Source: a virus. Taken from it: 64,000 nucleotides of DNA. Of this stretch, positions 54,166 to 64,000 are shown one piece after another. Position 1 is the first letter of the stretch; the number at the start of each line of letters is the position of its first letter. A model generated the notes under the pieces. That model searched no databases. It was not told where the DNA came from and saw only the letters and a list, made by a program, of their open reading frames with translations. The stretch lies in the IMG/VR virus record IMGVR_UViG_3300023178_000043, positions 2,728 to 66,727 of that record; one strand, written 5' to 3'. The position numbers and the translations under genes were made by a program.

Positions 54166-57100
54166 ATGGCTAGAACTCCAAGAACCCCCCAGAAACTTAA
54201 TTTATTAAGTTATACGGGTGTTATAGAAGACACACAACAGAAATATTTTGGCGTATCTGGATTAAATACAAATCTTCACGCCGGTAAAAATGGATTTTTA
54301 CTTCGTGGAAGTTCGTTTTTACAACAAGGTTCTACAATCCAAGTGGAAGTATTAGATAGATACGGTAAATCTATATTTTCTAATGTTATTGGTAATTATT
54401 CCGAAGGTGATGCTCGCCTTGTATCTATAGAAATTACACAAAAAACAACAAAGGGTGCTGGTCAAATTGTTCTAGTAGGTGTTGCTACCGAAGATTTAAA
54501 TGGCAACTCTATTCAACCCCGTTTCGTTCGTAGAATAATTAATGTTACTATTGACCCGTCAAGAAGAAACACCAGTAAATTAATTTTACAAAACACCCCC
54601 GCTCAAATTTTAGATGGTCTTTCGGTCACAAGAACAGACTTTAATACAACAAGCAGAACCGATGCGTTTGTAACCAGCAGTACATACACGGCATCACTAG
54701 ACTATGACTTTGAGGGTCACAGGTCAGATGGTTATGCTATCACAATGTTGGATAGTAGTGGTAATGCAACACCATTTTTTGATGATGTAAGTATAGATGG
54801 ATACTTTACTGGGTCAATATATAAAAGAGAAATTCGTAATTTATACGATACCGGAGTATTAGTTCCAGATTCACAAAGTATTGTTTTAAATTATGTAACT
54901 GCTAGTGTATATACACCATTATTTAAAACCTTAAACGAAACATTAGCAATCACCGAAAAGTCAATTAAGTTTGGTAATGGTGATGATTACTTAAATCCAA
55001 TACTCCGTTCTGGTTCATATTCCAGAGTTGTAACCTCAGATGACTTGGGTGGTAATCTTGTAAGAAAACTGGAAGAAGAAATTACATCCAGTGTTATATT
55101 TGAGTATCCAACAGAAACATTAACCGTTTCTGCTAATAATTCTTCTATTTTAAACTTTAGAATTCCTTATACACAAACACACACTGGTGAAATTGCTAAG
55201 GTTAGGATTAGTGCTAAAGAAGCAAATCCAGAGATTACTGCATACCAACTATTAACTGAGTTTAATCCCGGCGAAAGAAATATTCTAGTCACTGGGTCAA
55301 ACACAGGAAATATTTCTGTAGGTAGATTCTTGACCGATGACCGACTACAAAACCATTGGCAGTCAGGTCTGGTCAACATTACCGATTACGAAAACAGTCA
55401 ATCTGCCAATCCAATAACTCTGGTCACCTCTTCTACTGAAATACTAGAAGGATTTTACGCTGACCACACAGAAAGTGCTGTTCCATATTACGTTGGAACA
55501 CAAGAGTTCTATCAATTATACCAAGGTGTTCAGTATACATTAAAGTATGATGCCGTATACAACCCAACCTATGTCTCAAGTAGTACAACATATTCTACAA
55601 CAGACACAGGTTCGGTCAAGGCATACCTAACACGAATTGGTAGTGACGCTGCCTCAATAGCAAGTTCATCCGTGATTATCGCTCAGGGGCCCGTAGAAAA
55701 TACATACGGATTATTAGTAGATGAAGTTAACACAAAGAACAATGACAAGGGATTATACGAGAGAAGAGTTAATTTTGAAGTTGGACGAGATGGTGTTGCT
55801 TATCTTCGTTTCATAGTTGATAGTGGTTTCTGGAACTTTAGTAACTTTGTAATTACACCCGCGGTTGAGTATGGGTACAACCCAGATGAAATCGTGGTGT
55901 ATGCAGAAGATACAATATTAACTGGAACAACATATATCTTTAAGATAGAATTTATTGGTTGGGCCGGTGATATTTCCGATGAATTTATTAGTGACCCGAT
56001 AGAACTTCCACCAAAAGGTGGTGGGTCATCAATAAGATTAATTTCTGACCGACAAGTATTTTCATTTGGTTCAGATGGTACCCCAACTCCAGCTCAACAA
56101 ACCGCCTCTGTTGATGTTGTATTAACTAATATAACAAGTACTCCACAATTTACATTAGTTGATGACGATAACGTTCCCGTACAAACACAATTTTATTCTG
56201 CTAGTAATGGTAATCTAAATATTGAGTTGTACCATACAGCATTTGGTGAACAAACAGCTTCATTAAATCCAGACCCAACTAGTTCTATATTATTGAAAGT
56301 TAGTGCTAGTGCCGGTGGGGATATTATTTTTGATAAACTGTTATTTAATAGAGTAAAAGATGCCGTAGATGGAACACCGGGAGAACAGGGACCGTCTGGT
56401 TCGGCCGGAACGGACGCAAAAACTGTTAAGTTAACTCTTTCTGACTATTCAATTGTATATAGTGCTGGTGCAACTAACCCAAATCCGGCTTCCATCACCG
56501 CTTCGGCTCAACAACAAAATCTAGTAGCTCCAGTAACATATAGTTTCTTTAGAACTGGAAGTTTTGCGACATCGGCATCGTTCGCCGTCGTCCCCACAAC
56601 TCCGGTCACATATTCATTTGTCGCACCACCAGTTGATGATTACGATTCACAATTAATCAGAGTAGAAGTTACTGAATCTGCAGCTGGAATTGCTTTTGAT
56701 ACTGACGATTTCTTTGGTGTAACGCCAGGAAAAGATGGTTGGACTGTTATATTAATTAACGAAGCACACACAATTCCCGCGCAACCAGACGGAACACCAA
56801 TAGAATTGGGTGGTAGTGGTGCGGACATTGAAGTATTATATGGTGGAACTAATCTATTACCGTGGACGGGTTCTGCACCACCAGATGGATACTTCTCTGC
56901 ATCTGTGATTACATCACAGAGTGTCAATCAACCACAAAAAACTGGTTCTATAGGATTTTTGAACTCTACTGCATCTTATGTTAGTTTTGGTAACATTGAT
57001 TTTATGGAACCAAGTTCCAAAACTGGTTCTATAACTTATGAAGTTACTGCCTATACATCATCCTATTCTAGTGATTATAGAAAATTTATTTTAAAACAAT

Positions 57101-60100
57101 CTTTTAGTAAAACAAATGATGGTACAGATGGTTTGGATGGGGGAAGTAGATATTATATTGAACCCCAAAACGGTAGGTCATTTAAAACCGATGGCAATGG
57201 AGTTACGGTTCCTACTGAACTAATCTTTATAACTAAATTGTCTGAAGCAGATACCGTCACACCCATCGACTCGGGTTCAACCTTTGGGTTATTTTTTAGT
57301 AGTTCAGGAGCACCTGTTCCGGGAGCAAGCGGTTCTGCTAACTATTCTGCTAGTGCTGCTGACATTACTGGTCACGATGTATTACAATTTAAATCTGGGT
57401 CAACAGTATTAGATACAATTGACATTACAGACGTTACGGACGGTCTTGATTCACTAATACCACTACTAGAAGTTAAAGGTCCAATTGCTTGGCTATCGGG
57501 TTCCAGTGGAATAGACCCAGACACACCATCTCAAATAACCGCTTCGTTGTATAAAACTGGAAGTGAAGCTGAATATTTGTATGCTAAAGTTGATGGATTT
57601 GGTAGAATTGGAGAATCGTTTTCACCAAGTAAATTTGGTTTAACTGGTTCAGTAATTGTATCTTCTTCAAATAATGTTTCTGCTTCTTTTACGGACGAAT
57701 ATGTTTCCGCGGGGGGAGACGTATTTAATCTTGGATTCTCATTTTTTGCCACGAGTTCATTGTTTGATTCTATTGATGATTATAAACAACTGGCTCAGGA
57801 GACTTTTGTTCTTACTTTAGATGGTAAAGATGGAGAAACGGGCGCCTCCGGTTCAAATGCAAGAACGGTTAGATTAAACGTTAGTGATTATTCAATAGTT
57901 TACAATGAGTTTGGTAAAGACCCATCTCCATCTTCTATTGAGGCAACTGCTAGTGTACAAAATATAGTATCTCAATCTGCATATTTCGCTTGGTTTACTG
58001 GTTCGACTGACGTAGAACTACAAACGGTAGTTGCCGAAGGTATTGGTCAATTTACACAATCTTTTGGTATGCCAAATGATGTGTTTAATCCTAAATTAAT
58101 TAGAGTTAAGGTAAGTGAAAGTTTAGATACCGATTATGAAGTAGAAGATAGTGTCAATGTATATGGTGTTGTGCCTGGAGAAAATGGATTTACTATAATA
58201 TTAACCAATGATTCTCATGTCATTCCCACCGATTTCAATGGAGAAAATGAAATATATACAGGTGGTGGTACTGACATTGAAGTATTATATGGTTCGACCA
58301 ACCTAATTCCAGACACGGGGTCAGATGGTTTAGTTCACGGAGAATTTAGTGCTTCTGTTATTGACCAAACTAATATAACAGTTGGTACTCCGGCCACCAC
58401 ATCATCGCTAGTATACTTCAGGTATCCAGACCCAAGTAATATGACCGCGGATAACGCCAGTATTACCTATGCAATTACAGCAAGTATGTCGGGTAGTGAA
58501 TATTACTTCACTAAAAAACAATCGTTTAGTAAATCTAAAGAGGGACAGACTCTATTTTCTACTAACGCTTCATTACTTTATGATGATTTACAAACTACTG
58601 GTACAGTTTTCCAACCCGGGCAATACTCTCTTTCAACATCTAATCTAGATGATGGTTCTGGGGTTAATTCTCATACTGCTCTTATAAACAATGTTGCTTA
58701 TATACATTGGGATATCCAAGATGCAAATAGTCCTACGAGAGATAATTCCTCTTTATTAGATACACTTGAAATTGGGGACCATGTAACCTTCTGGAGTTCC
58801 AGTGCTCGTTGGTATCAGTATAAAATAACTTCATTGGAATCGGCTCCACGAAATGATAATCGTTCTGTGGTTGTTGGTGTAGAATATGTTTCTCGCGATG
58901 AAGCTGACGGAACTGATGCTATATCTACCGACGCCGGAACCAATGTATACTTTAGATTTAGTAAAGGATTTCCAACACCGCCCGCACTCCCACCGATTGT
59001 ATATCGTTCAGATTCACAGAACTCTTTTGATACAACTCCCGGTACCATAACATCACCTACCATTGCAGACAATCAATGGGCATTGTGGGATACGACTCAA
59101 ACTGAATTTGCATCGTTGGCTACCACATCATCATATTTTCAAGATGTTAATTATATTGGATTTGGGGCTAGTAATTCTTCATCTACTACAATATTTGAAA
59201 GCCCAACTAATACCAAAGAATATATTACTGGTCACGCTAAAACTGGTAGTTATGTTACCATCTATTATGATGACAATAATTTTGGTGTTTACACATATGA
59301 ATCGCTAGAAGCTTCATCAACTGATGTTGTCATAGGTGTTAGTCATTCCGTAAGTATTGGTCGTCTGGTCAATAATGGACCATATGCCGGTGATAACCCA
59401 GTTCAAATAAACTTTAGTAGTCCGATAACTGCTTCTGACGGTGTTGCAGGTGCTAGTGGAAGTGACGCAAAAGTTGTAAAACTAACATTATCCGACTATT
59501 CGGTCGTATATGACGAATTTGCTTTTGACCCATCACCGACATCAATAACTGCATCTGCGACCACGCAAAATCTTGAAGGTGGAAGTTATGAATTTAATTT
59601 TTACAGAACTGGTTCGTTATTATCTACTACAGGCCCCGGCTGGTCAGAATCAACAGCTACAGCTTCGTTTGTTACCCCAACCCAAGATGACTACACAGCA
59701 CAGTTAATTGAAGTACACGTTACTGAATCTGGTGATGGTGTCGCTTTTGATACTAATCAATTTTATGGAGTTACGCCGGGAACAGACGGGTTTAGTGTAA
59801 TTTTATCAAATGAATCACACGTATTTTCCGCAGAAAATAACGGAGATGTTATTTCATACACAGGTGGTGGTACTGACATTGAGTTGTTGTATGGAGCAAC
59901 TAATTTATCTCCAGATGTTACTAGTGATGGTCTTACCCACGGTGAATTCAGTGCTTCTGTAATCACATCTTCTTCAATAGACGTAGGAACATTTACTGCA
60001 GTATCACCCTATATTAGAGTTGGTGACCCAAGTGATATGACAGCAGACAATGCAAGTATTACTTATGCTATTACTGCAAGTATGTCAGGTAGTGAATACT

Positions 60101-62844
60101 ATTTCACCAAAAAACAATCATTTAGTAAATCTAAGAAGGGTGATGAAGTACCAGTAATCAATTTTATAGCAGACCCATCTACTGATTCAATTACTTCTAA
60201 TACAGCCAATATCATAACTGGTGAAGTTGCTCCGGTCACCATCACAGGATTTGAAGGAAGTAATCAATTAGCTTACAACGACCCAACCCCAGGCATTAGT
60301 GAATTTGTAATAACCAGAGTATATGGAATTCCATCACAATCCGCTTCACCGTCCGCTATGACGTTTGATAGCAATGGTGTGGTTTATGTTGATAAAGATG
60401 AGATTGCAATAACTGGTAGTACTAAATTTATTGGAAATGTAGATGTTATATATACTGGTTCTGTTGCCAGTACTACTGGTTCGGCAACAGTTAGTTTCAC
60501 ATTAACAAAGGTTGTGGTTGAAAACCCGTGTCCTGCATCTACTGTTAGTGCTGTTCCGCCATCACAACCCGTATCACAGAGTGGTGGTGCCGCAGAGTCC
60601 CCAGATAATTTTAGTATCACGGTTGTTCAGAGTGGTCAAAATTTTACATATGATGCAAGTCTTTCTACTAACCAAACATTTAAATATGATACGTTAACAC
60701 AAACAAACACTGGTGGGCCCACCCTAGATAATGGTGATGGAACAATAACACCGGGCACTCCTTCTAATTTAAATCCATCTAACGTATACGTTGGGGTCAT
60801 TTATAAAGATAGTTGTGGAAGTACAAGTGAAACAATTCCTGTAACACACTCAATAACTTCGGTTATTTCTGGTGATGTTGGTCCCGGTCTGTCTGTTCGT
60901 GGAGAATGGACAGGTAGTGCAAATTATCTCTACCAATCTGCGGGAGAAAATACTAAAGTAACTGACTTAGTATTGTGGTGGAGTCCTGCGTATTCCGCCG
61001 CGTCAGGTTCAGTCCCAGGCGACCCCACAACATTTGATGGGTATCCGTTAGAAGATTATGCAGACGATTATGATGAACATTTTATCGCATATTATGCTGC
61101 ACTAAAAACCCATACATCTGTTCCACCATCATCTGGTAGTGTATATGATTATGGTCCTCCCCACATTTCTACTGGAAGTGTAACTGCCGTATCTGGTTCC
61201 GGCCCAGAACAAGCGGCTTGGGAATTCCTTGGTTTAGAAGAACGGTTTATTGCCGCTAAACTGGGTGTATTTAGAGAATCCTTTATCTGGAATACTTTAA
61301 ACATTGGAATTAATGCAAAGGGTGGTGGTGCTGATGGTAATGCTCCATCAAATATGACATTAGCGGGTGGAACAAAGAATCCATATCTATCTATTGGTCA
61401 ATTTGATGGTATTGGGTTTGATTCTGGTGGTATTTTCTTAGGTTCTAGTTCGTTCCATGCAGGAGGTCCACAATTTGCATTAAGTGGTTCGGTTGGTCAC
61501 CTCCGTTGGGATGGTTCTACATTAGATATTGACGGTGTAGTTAGTGCTTCCGCCGGATACTTTAGTGGAAGTTTATATGCACAAGACGGTAATTTCGCAG
61601 GTGATGTGACGGTTGGTGATAGTGCAAATATTACTATTGGACCAAATGCTAGTACTTCTACTCCTGCTAAATCGTATATGACGAATAGTGGATATACTGA
61701 AGAGGTTGCTCAATACGACCCCGGTGCCGGAGAAGGTACAGATTTTACATTTGATACTATTATTGGTTCATTTGGCGCCGGAGAACACGCGGTTGGTGAT
61801 AGTATTGAATTTAATGTGTCTATAACTGATATAAGAGATTCCACAAACCCTTCCAGTGGGGGTGATTATGTTAGTGTATTGACTCCTACTTTAAAACTAG
61901 CACAAGGTTCAAACAATACTAACATAGATTTGGGAACAATATTTGTTAATGCTTCTACGACTAGTGGATTCTTTACGGCAAGTTATAGTTCATTGACCGA
62001 AGGTGATGGTATTACAGTTACTTTAGAAACTAGAGTTGAGGGAGAGGAAAACCAATCCAATCCTCCACTAACTTCATGGTTTACTGCCAGTGTAAGTGCA
62101 TCACAAGCGACCCCGGTTATTGTTTTAAACAGTAGTGGAATATTTTTTGATAGTGGAGATGGTCCTCGTTCTGTTATTGCGAGTAATAATTCAGTTGCAT
62201 TGGGTAGTGGAACAGGCACCACTATTAACAGTAATACTAATAATTATTTAATTACGGGAACAGGTACTAGTAATACCTTACAGGGTGAATCAACCCTACA
62301 ATACGATGGAACAGATACATTATCAATACAAGCTGCCTCCGCTACAATAAATTTAGGTTCGGGTGGTAGTTATGCGGGACCCCACGGAATATATTTCTAT
62401 GACAATGACAATACAGTAGGAATACAACAAGTATATCGTACTACACCAGAAGAATTACAATGGGAAGACGCTTCAAGTACCGATTTAATGACATTAAATA
62501 AAGGTGGAAATTTACTGTTAATTGGTTCCGGTAGTGCCGATGACTTTGTTGCTACCTCCGACATAAGACTCAAGAATGTAGAAAGTTATGTATCGGGGGG
62601 ACTAATTATAGTAAATAACCTAAATCCAATTAAATATACTTGGAAAGACAAGGAAGATACTAAATTACACATAGGATTGTCCGCTCAAGAAGTCTTACAA
62701 TATGTTCCAGAAGCGGTCTATGGTAGTGAAGAAACACAATATGGAGTTTCCTATGGTAAATTGGTTCCGGTCTTGATAGATGCTGTTAAAGAATTGACCA
62801 CACGTATAGAAGAATTGGAAAAACAACTGGAAGATAGAGACTAA
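54166..62844 (+). CDS. giant tail fibre/adhesin (2892 aa) with internal repeats and C-terminal peptidase S74 chaperone
   Basis: SDIRLK...L.P..Y.W...IGL.AQEV...PEAV...V.Y..LVP.LI.AVKEL; three repeated modules. Confidence 0.85.
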   Translation: MARTPRTPQKLNLLSYTGVIEDTQQKYFGVSGLNTNLHAGKNGFLLRGSSFLQQGSTIQVEVLDRYGKSIFSNVIGNYSEGDARLVSIEITQKTTKGAGQIVLVGVATEDLNGNSIQPRFVRRIINVTIDPSRRNTSKLILQNTPAQILDGLSVTRTDFNTTSRTDAFVTSSTYTASLDYDFEGHRSDGYAITMLDSSGNATPFFDDVSIDGYFTGSIYKREIRNLYDTGVLVPDSQSIVLNYVTASVYTPLFKTLNETLAITEKSIKFGNGDDYLNPILRSGSYSRVVTSDDLGGNLVRKLEEEITSSVIFEYPTETLTVSANNSSILNFRIPYTQTHTGEIAKVRISAKEANPEITAYQLLTEFNPGERNILVTGSNTGNISVGRFLTDDRLQNHWQSGLVNITDYENSQSANPITLVTSSTEILEGFYADHTESAVPYYVGTQEFYQLYQGVQYTLKYDAVYNPTYVSSSTTYSTTDTGSVKAYLTRIGSDAASIASSSVIIAQGPVENTYGLLVDEVNTKNNDKGLYERRVNFEVGRDGVAYLRFIVDSGFWNFSNFVITPAVEYGYNPDEIVVYAEDTILTGTTYIFKIEFIGWAGDISDEFISDPIELPPKGGGSSIRLISDRQVFSFGSDGTPTPAQQTASVDVVLTNITSTPQFTLVDDDNVPVQTQFYSASNGNLNIELYHTAFGEQTASLNPDPTSSILLKVSASAGGDIIFDKLLFNRVKDAVDGTPGEQGPSGSAGTDAKTVKLTLSDYSIVYSAGATNPNPASITASAQQQNLVAPVTYSFFRTGSFATSASFAVVPTTPVTYSFVAPPVDDYDSQLIRVEVTESAAGIAFDTDDFFGVTPGKDGWTVILINEAHTIPAQPDGTPIELGGSGADIEVLYGGTNLLPWTGSAPPDGYFSASVITSQSVNQPQKTGSIGFLNSTASYVSFGNIDFMEPSSKTGSITYEVTAYTSSYSSDYRKFILKQSFSKTNDGTDGLDGGSRYYIEPQNGRSFKTDGNGVTVPTELIFITKLSEADTVTPIDSGSTFGLFFSSSGAPVPGASGSANYSASAADITGHDVLQFKSGSTVLDTIDITDVTDGLDSLIPLLEVKGPIAWLSGSSGIDPDTPSQITASLYKTGSEAEYLYAKVDGFGRIGESFSPSKFGLTGSVIVSSSNNVSASFTDEYVSAGGDVFNLGFSFFATSSLFDSIDDYKQLAQETFVLTLDGKDGETGASGSNARTVRLNVSDYSIVYNEFGKDPSPSSIEATASVQNIVSQSAYFAWFTGSTDVELQTVVAEGIGQFTQSFGMPNDVFNPKLIRVKVSESLDTDYEVEDSVNVYGVVPGENGFTIILTNDSHVIPTDFNGENEIYTGGGTDIEVLYGSTNLIPDTGSDGLVHGEFSASVIDQTNITVGTPATTSSLVYFRYPDPSNMTADNASITYAITASMSGSEYYFTKKQSFSKSKEGQTLFSTNASLLYDDLQTTGTVFQPGQYSLSTSNLDDGSGVNSHTALINNVAYIHWDIQDANSPTRDNSSLLDTLEIGDHVTFWSSSARWYQYKITSLESAPRNDNRSVVVGVEYVSRDEADGTDAISTDAGTNVYFRFSKGFPTPPALPPIVYRSDSQNSFDTTPGTITSPTIADNQWALWDTTQTEFASLATTSSYFQDVNYIGFGASNSSSTTIFESPTNTKEYITGHAKTGSYVTIYYDDNNFGVYTYESLEASSTDVVIGVSHSVSIGRLVNNGPYAGDNPVQINFSSPITASDGVAGASGSDAKVVKLTLSDYSVVYDEFAFDPSPTSITASATTQNLEGGSYEFNFYRTGSLLSTTGPGWSESTATASFVTPTQDDYTAQLIEVHVTESGDGVAFDTNQFYGVTPGTDGFSVILSNESHVFSAENNGDVISYTGGGTDIELLYGATNLSPDVTSDGLTHGEFSASVITSSSIDVGTFTAVSPYIRVGDPSDMTADNASITYAITASMSGSEYYFTKKQSFSKSKKGDEVPVINFIADPSTDSITSNTANIITGEVAPVTITGFEGSNQLAYNDPTPGISEFVITRVYGIPSQSASPSAMTFDSNGVVYVDKDEIAITGSTKFIGNVDVIYTGSVASTTGSATVSFTLTKVVVENPCPASTVSAVPPSQPVSQSGGAAESPDNFSITVVQSGQNFTYDASLSTNQTFKYDTLTQTNTGGPTLDNGDGTITPGTPSNLNPSNVYVGVIYKDSCGSTSETIPVTHSITSVISGDVGPGLSVRGEWTGSANYLYQSAGENTKVTDLVLWWSPAYSAASGSVPGDPTTFDGYPLEDYADDYDEHFIAYYAALKTHTSVPPSSGSVYDYGPPHISTGSVTAVSGSGPEQAAWEFLGLEERFIAAKLGVFRESFIWNTLNIGINAKGGGADGNAPSNMTLAGGTKNPYLSIGQFDGIGFDSGGIFLGSSSFHAGGPQFALSGSVGHLRWDGSTLDIDGVVSASAGYFSGSLYAQDGNFAGDVTVGDSANITIGPNASTSTPAKSYMTNSGYTEEVAQYDPGAGEGTDFTFDTIIGSFGAGEHAVGDSIEFNVSITDIRDSTNPSSGGDYVSVLTPTLKLAQGSNNTNIDLGTIFVNASTTSGFFTASYSSLTEGDGITVTLETRVEGEENQSNPPLTSWFTASVSASQATPVIVLNSSGIFFDSGDGPRSVIASNNSVALGSGTGTTINSNTNNYLITGTGTSNTLQGESTLQYDGTDTLSIQAASATINLGSGGSYAGPHGIYFYDNDNTVGIQQVYRTTPEELQWEDASSTDLMTLNKGGNLLLIGSGSADDFVATSDIRLKNVESYVSGGLIIVNNLNPIKYTWKDKEDTKLHIGLSAQEVLQYVPEAVYGSEETQYGVSYGKLVPVLIDAVKELTTRIEELEKQLEDRD

Positions 62845-64000
62845 TGGCAGATTTTGAAGGTTCATTTAGTGGTTCGTTTACTGGTTCTTATGATATTCTA
62901 ACTAATACTGACCAGTACAACGGAACTACATACGGATATGTACTACATCAACGTACTGGTGTAGGAAAAGCAGAGAACATTCTTTTAAGTGATTTTTTTA
63001 GAGATTGGTTGGGGTCAGAAAGTGGTTCTGCTGGTATTGTAGATTATGGTGCCGATGGTCATATCTTTGACCAAGATAGAATATTAATACGTTCTGGGTC
63101 GTTTAGTGGGTCTACATATCGTCCTGTAATGAAAACTGCGACTATCAATAACCTGTTTGGTGGTCACAACAAAGGGTCCATTTTAAGAAATGCGTTCATT
63201 TATGCAAGAGGTGTGGGTAGAAATGTAACAAATGCACAAGGTTCTGTTTCATCTTCTATGTTATTGACCGTAAATGGAAAAGTATTGTATGATGACTATC
63301 AAACGGCAGCCGGACTAGCGGGATTAACCTATACAGTACTTGATTCAAACTTTGAAACGGTCATCTCACCTACTAGATATAGAACAGATACGACATCTGG
63401 TGACTCAGATACCCTTGCCGCACTATTAACAGGTAGTTTAAGTCCAGACCAAATAGGTATTCTAACTTCTCTTGGGTATTGGGAAACAAATCTAACAGAT
63501 AATTTAAGAGATGCTGCGTTTAAACTAGGGTTGACCAAACTTGGTGCACATATTTCAACCAATTCTGGTTCCGCTTATGTCGCTGTTTTCTATGGAACAA
63601 GTGGAAGTGCAGGTGTTGGTGACAGTTTAGAACGAATGACATCATATAGATTCACCAGAAGTGACAATGATGACATTCCAGTGTCAGTAATCTCAACTAG
63701 AATACAATCAAATACTCAAAACGATTACGCATTTTTCAATATTGCGGGTGCCAACTCAACAAACGCACTTTATGCTTATAACGCAGATACTAGTTCAGTC
63801 TTAACACCCGCTCTTTTTGTAGACAGTGAAGGAAATATTACTGCTTCTGGGAACATGATTGTTGGTGGAGGTATTGTTGGTGGTGGTAGTGGTAATGCAG
63901 GAGCAACAGGTTCAATAGGAAACATTGCATTCTTTACTGGAAGTAAAGATATTTCTGGTTCTAATGCACTATATTGGGATGAAGGGAATAGTAGGTTGGG
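62844..64000 (+). CDS. tail fibre-like protein with ILEI/PANDER-like domain, truncated by the window edge
   Basis: TAATG coupling; frame MADFEGSFSGSFTGSY appears open to the window end; GL...VLD...YRTD...LAA.L...IL.S...WE. Confidence 0.7.
   Translation, partial: MADFEGSFSGSFTGSYDILTNTDQYNGTTYGYVLHQRTGVGKAENILLSDFFRDWLGSESGSAGIVDYGADGHIFDQDRILIRSGSFSGSTYRPVMKTATINNLFGGHNKGSILRNAFIYARGVGRNVTNAQGSVSSSMLLTVNGKVLYDDYQTAAGLAGLTYTVLDSNFETVISPTRYRTDTTSGDSDTLAALLTGSLSPDQIGILTSLGYWETNLTDNLRDAAFKLGLTKLGAHISTNSGSAYVAVFYGTSGSAGVGDSLERMTSYRFTRSDNDDIPVSVISTRIQSNTQNDYAFFNIAGANSTNALYAYNADTSSVLTPALFVDSEGNITASGNMIVGGGIVGGGSGNAGATGSIGNIAFFTGSKDISGSNALYWDEGNSRL

Noticed and set aside
54166-62844. Diversity-generating retroelement TR/VR pair in the fibre repeats
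   Set aside because: Differences are synonymous rather than adenine-specific, and no reverse transcriptase is present
21034-63562. Numerous short antisense and alternate-frame ORFs within the long plus-strand genes
   Set aside because: Shadow ORFs without SD, promoter or recognisable motifs

Overview
A 64-kb segment of a large, AT-rich (roughly 35% GC by eye) tailed dsDNA phage, probably a jumbo myovirus with T4-like baseplate genes. Its host is probably a Gram-negative bacterium that uses sigma70 promoters and Shine-Dalgarno signals. Bases 1-14.7 kb are transcribed leftward. They hold a GC-richer early cassette region (1-1.7 kb), envelope and lipoprotein genes, phoH, a thioesterase, a Mom-like DNA modifier and purA, plus a large RNA array: 19 intact tRNAs (including Ile-UAU), a truncated tRNA-Trp, a tmRNA and five unexplained structured RNAs. 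From 14.75 kb genes run rightward: HNH, HD protein, hsp20, virion proteins, an amber-interrupted uvsE, a GT2 glycosyltransferase, a lysin, a gp55-like sigma factor, baseplate genes, resolvase, primase, a fused Mre11-Rad50 and giant tail fibres. The strongest unexplained signals are: (i) the structured RNAs inside the tRNA array, one a three-way junction with complementary loops; (ii) five promoters sharing a GTTACA direct repeat exactly 9 nt upstream of the -35 box; (iii) a pervasive [ST]-[GAS]-S tripeptide across unrelated virion proteins, a candidate modification sequon; (iv) a hairpin after hsp20 that displays a perfect complement of the 16S rRNA 3' end; (v) an HNH gene inserted with a 20-bp duplication at the 5' end of tRNA-Ser. 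All calls come from reading the sequence and recognising motifs; no searches or folding programs were run.
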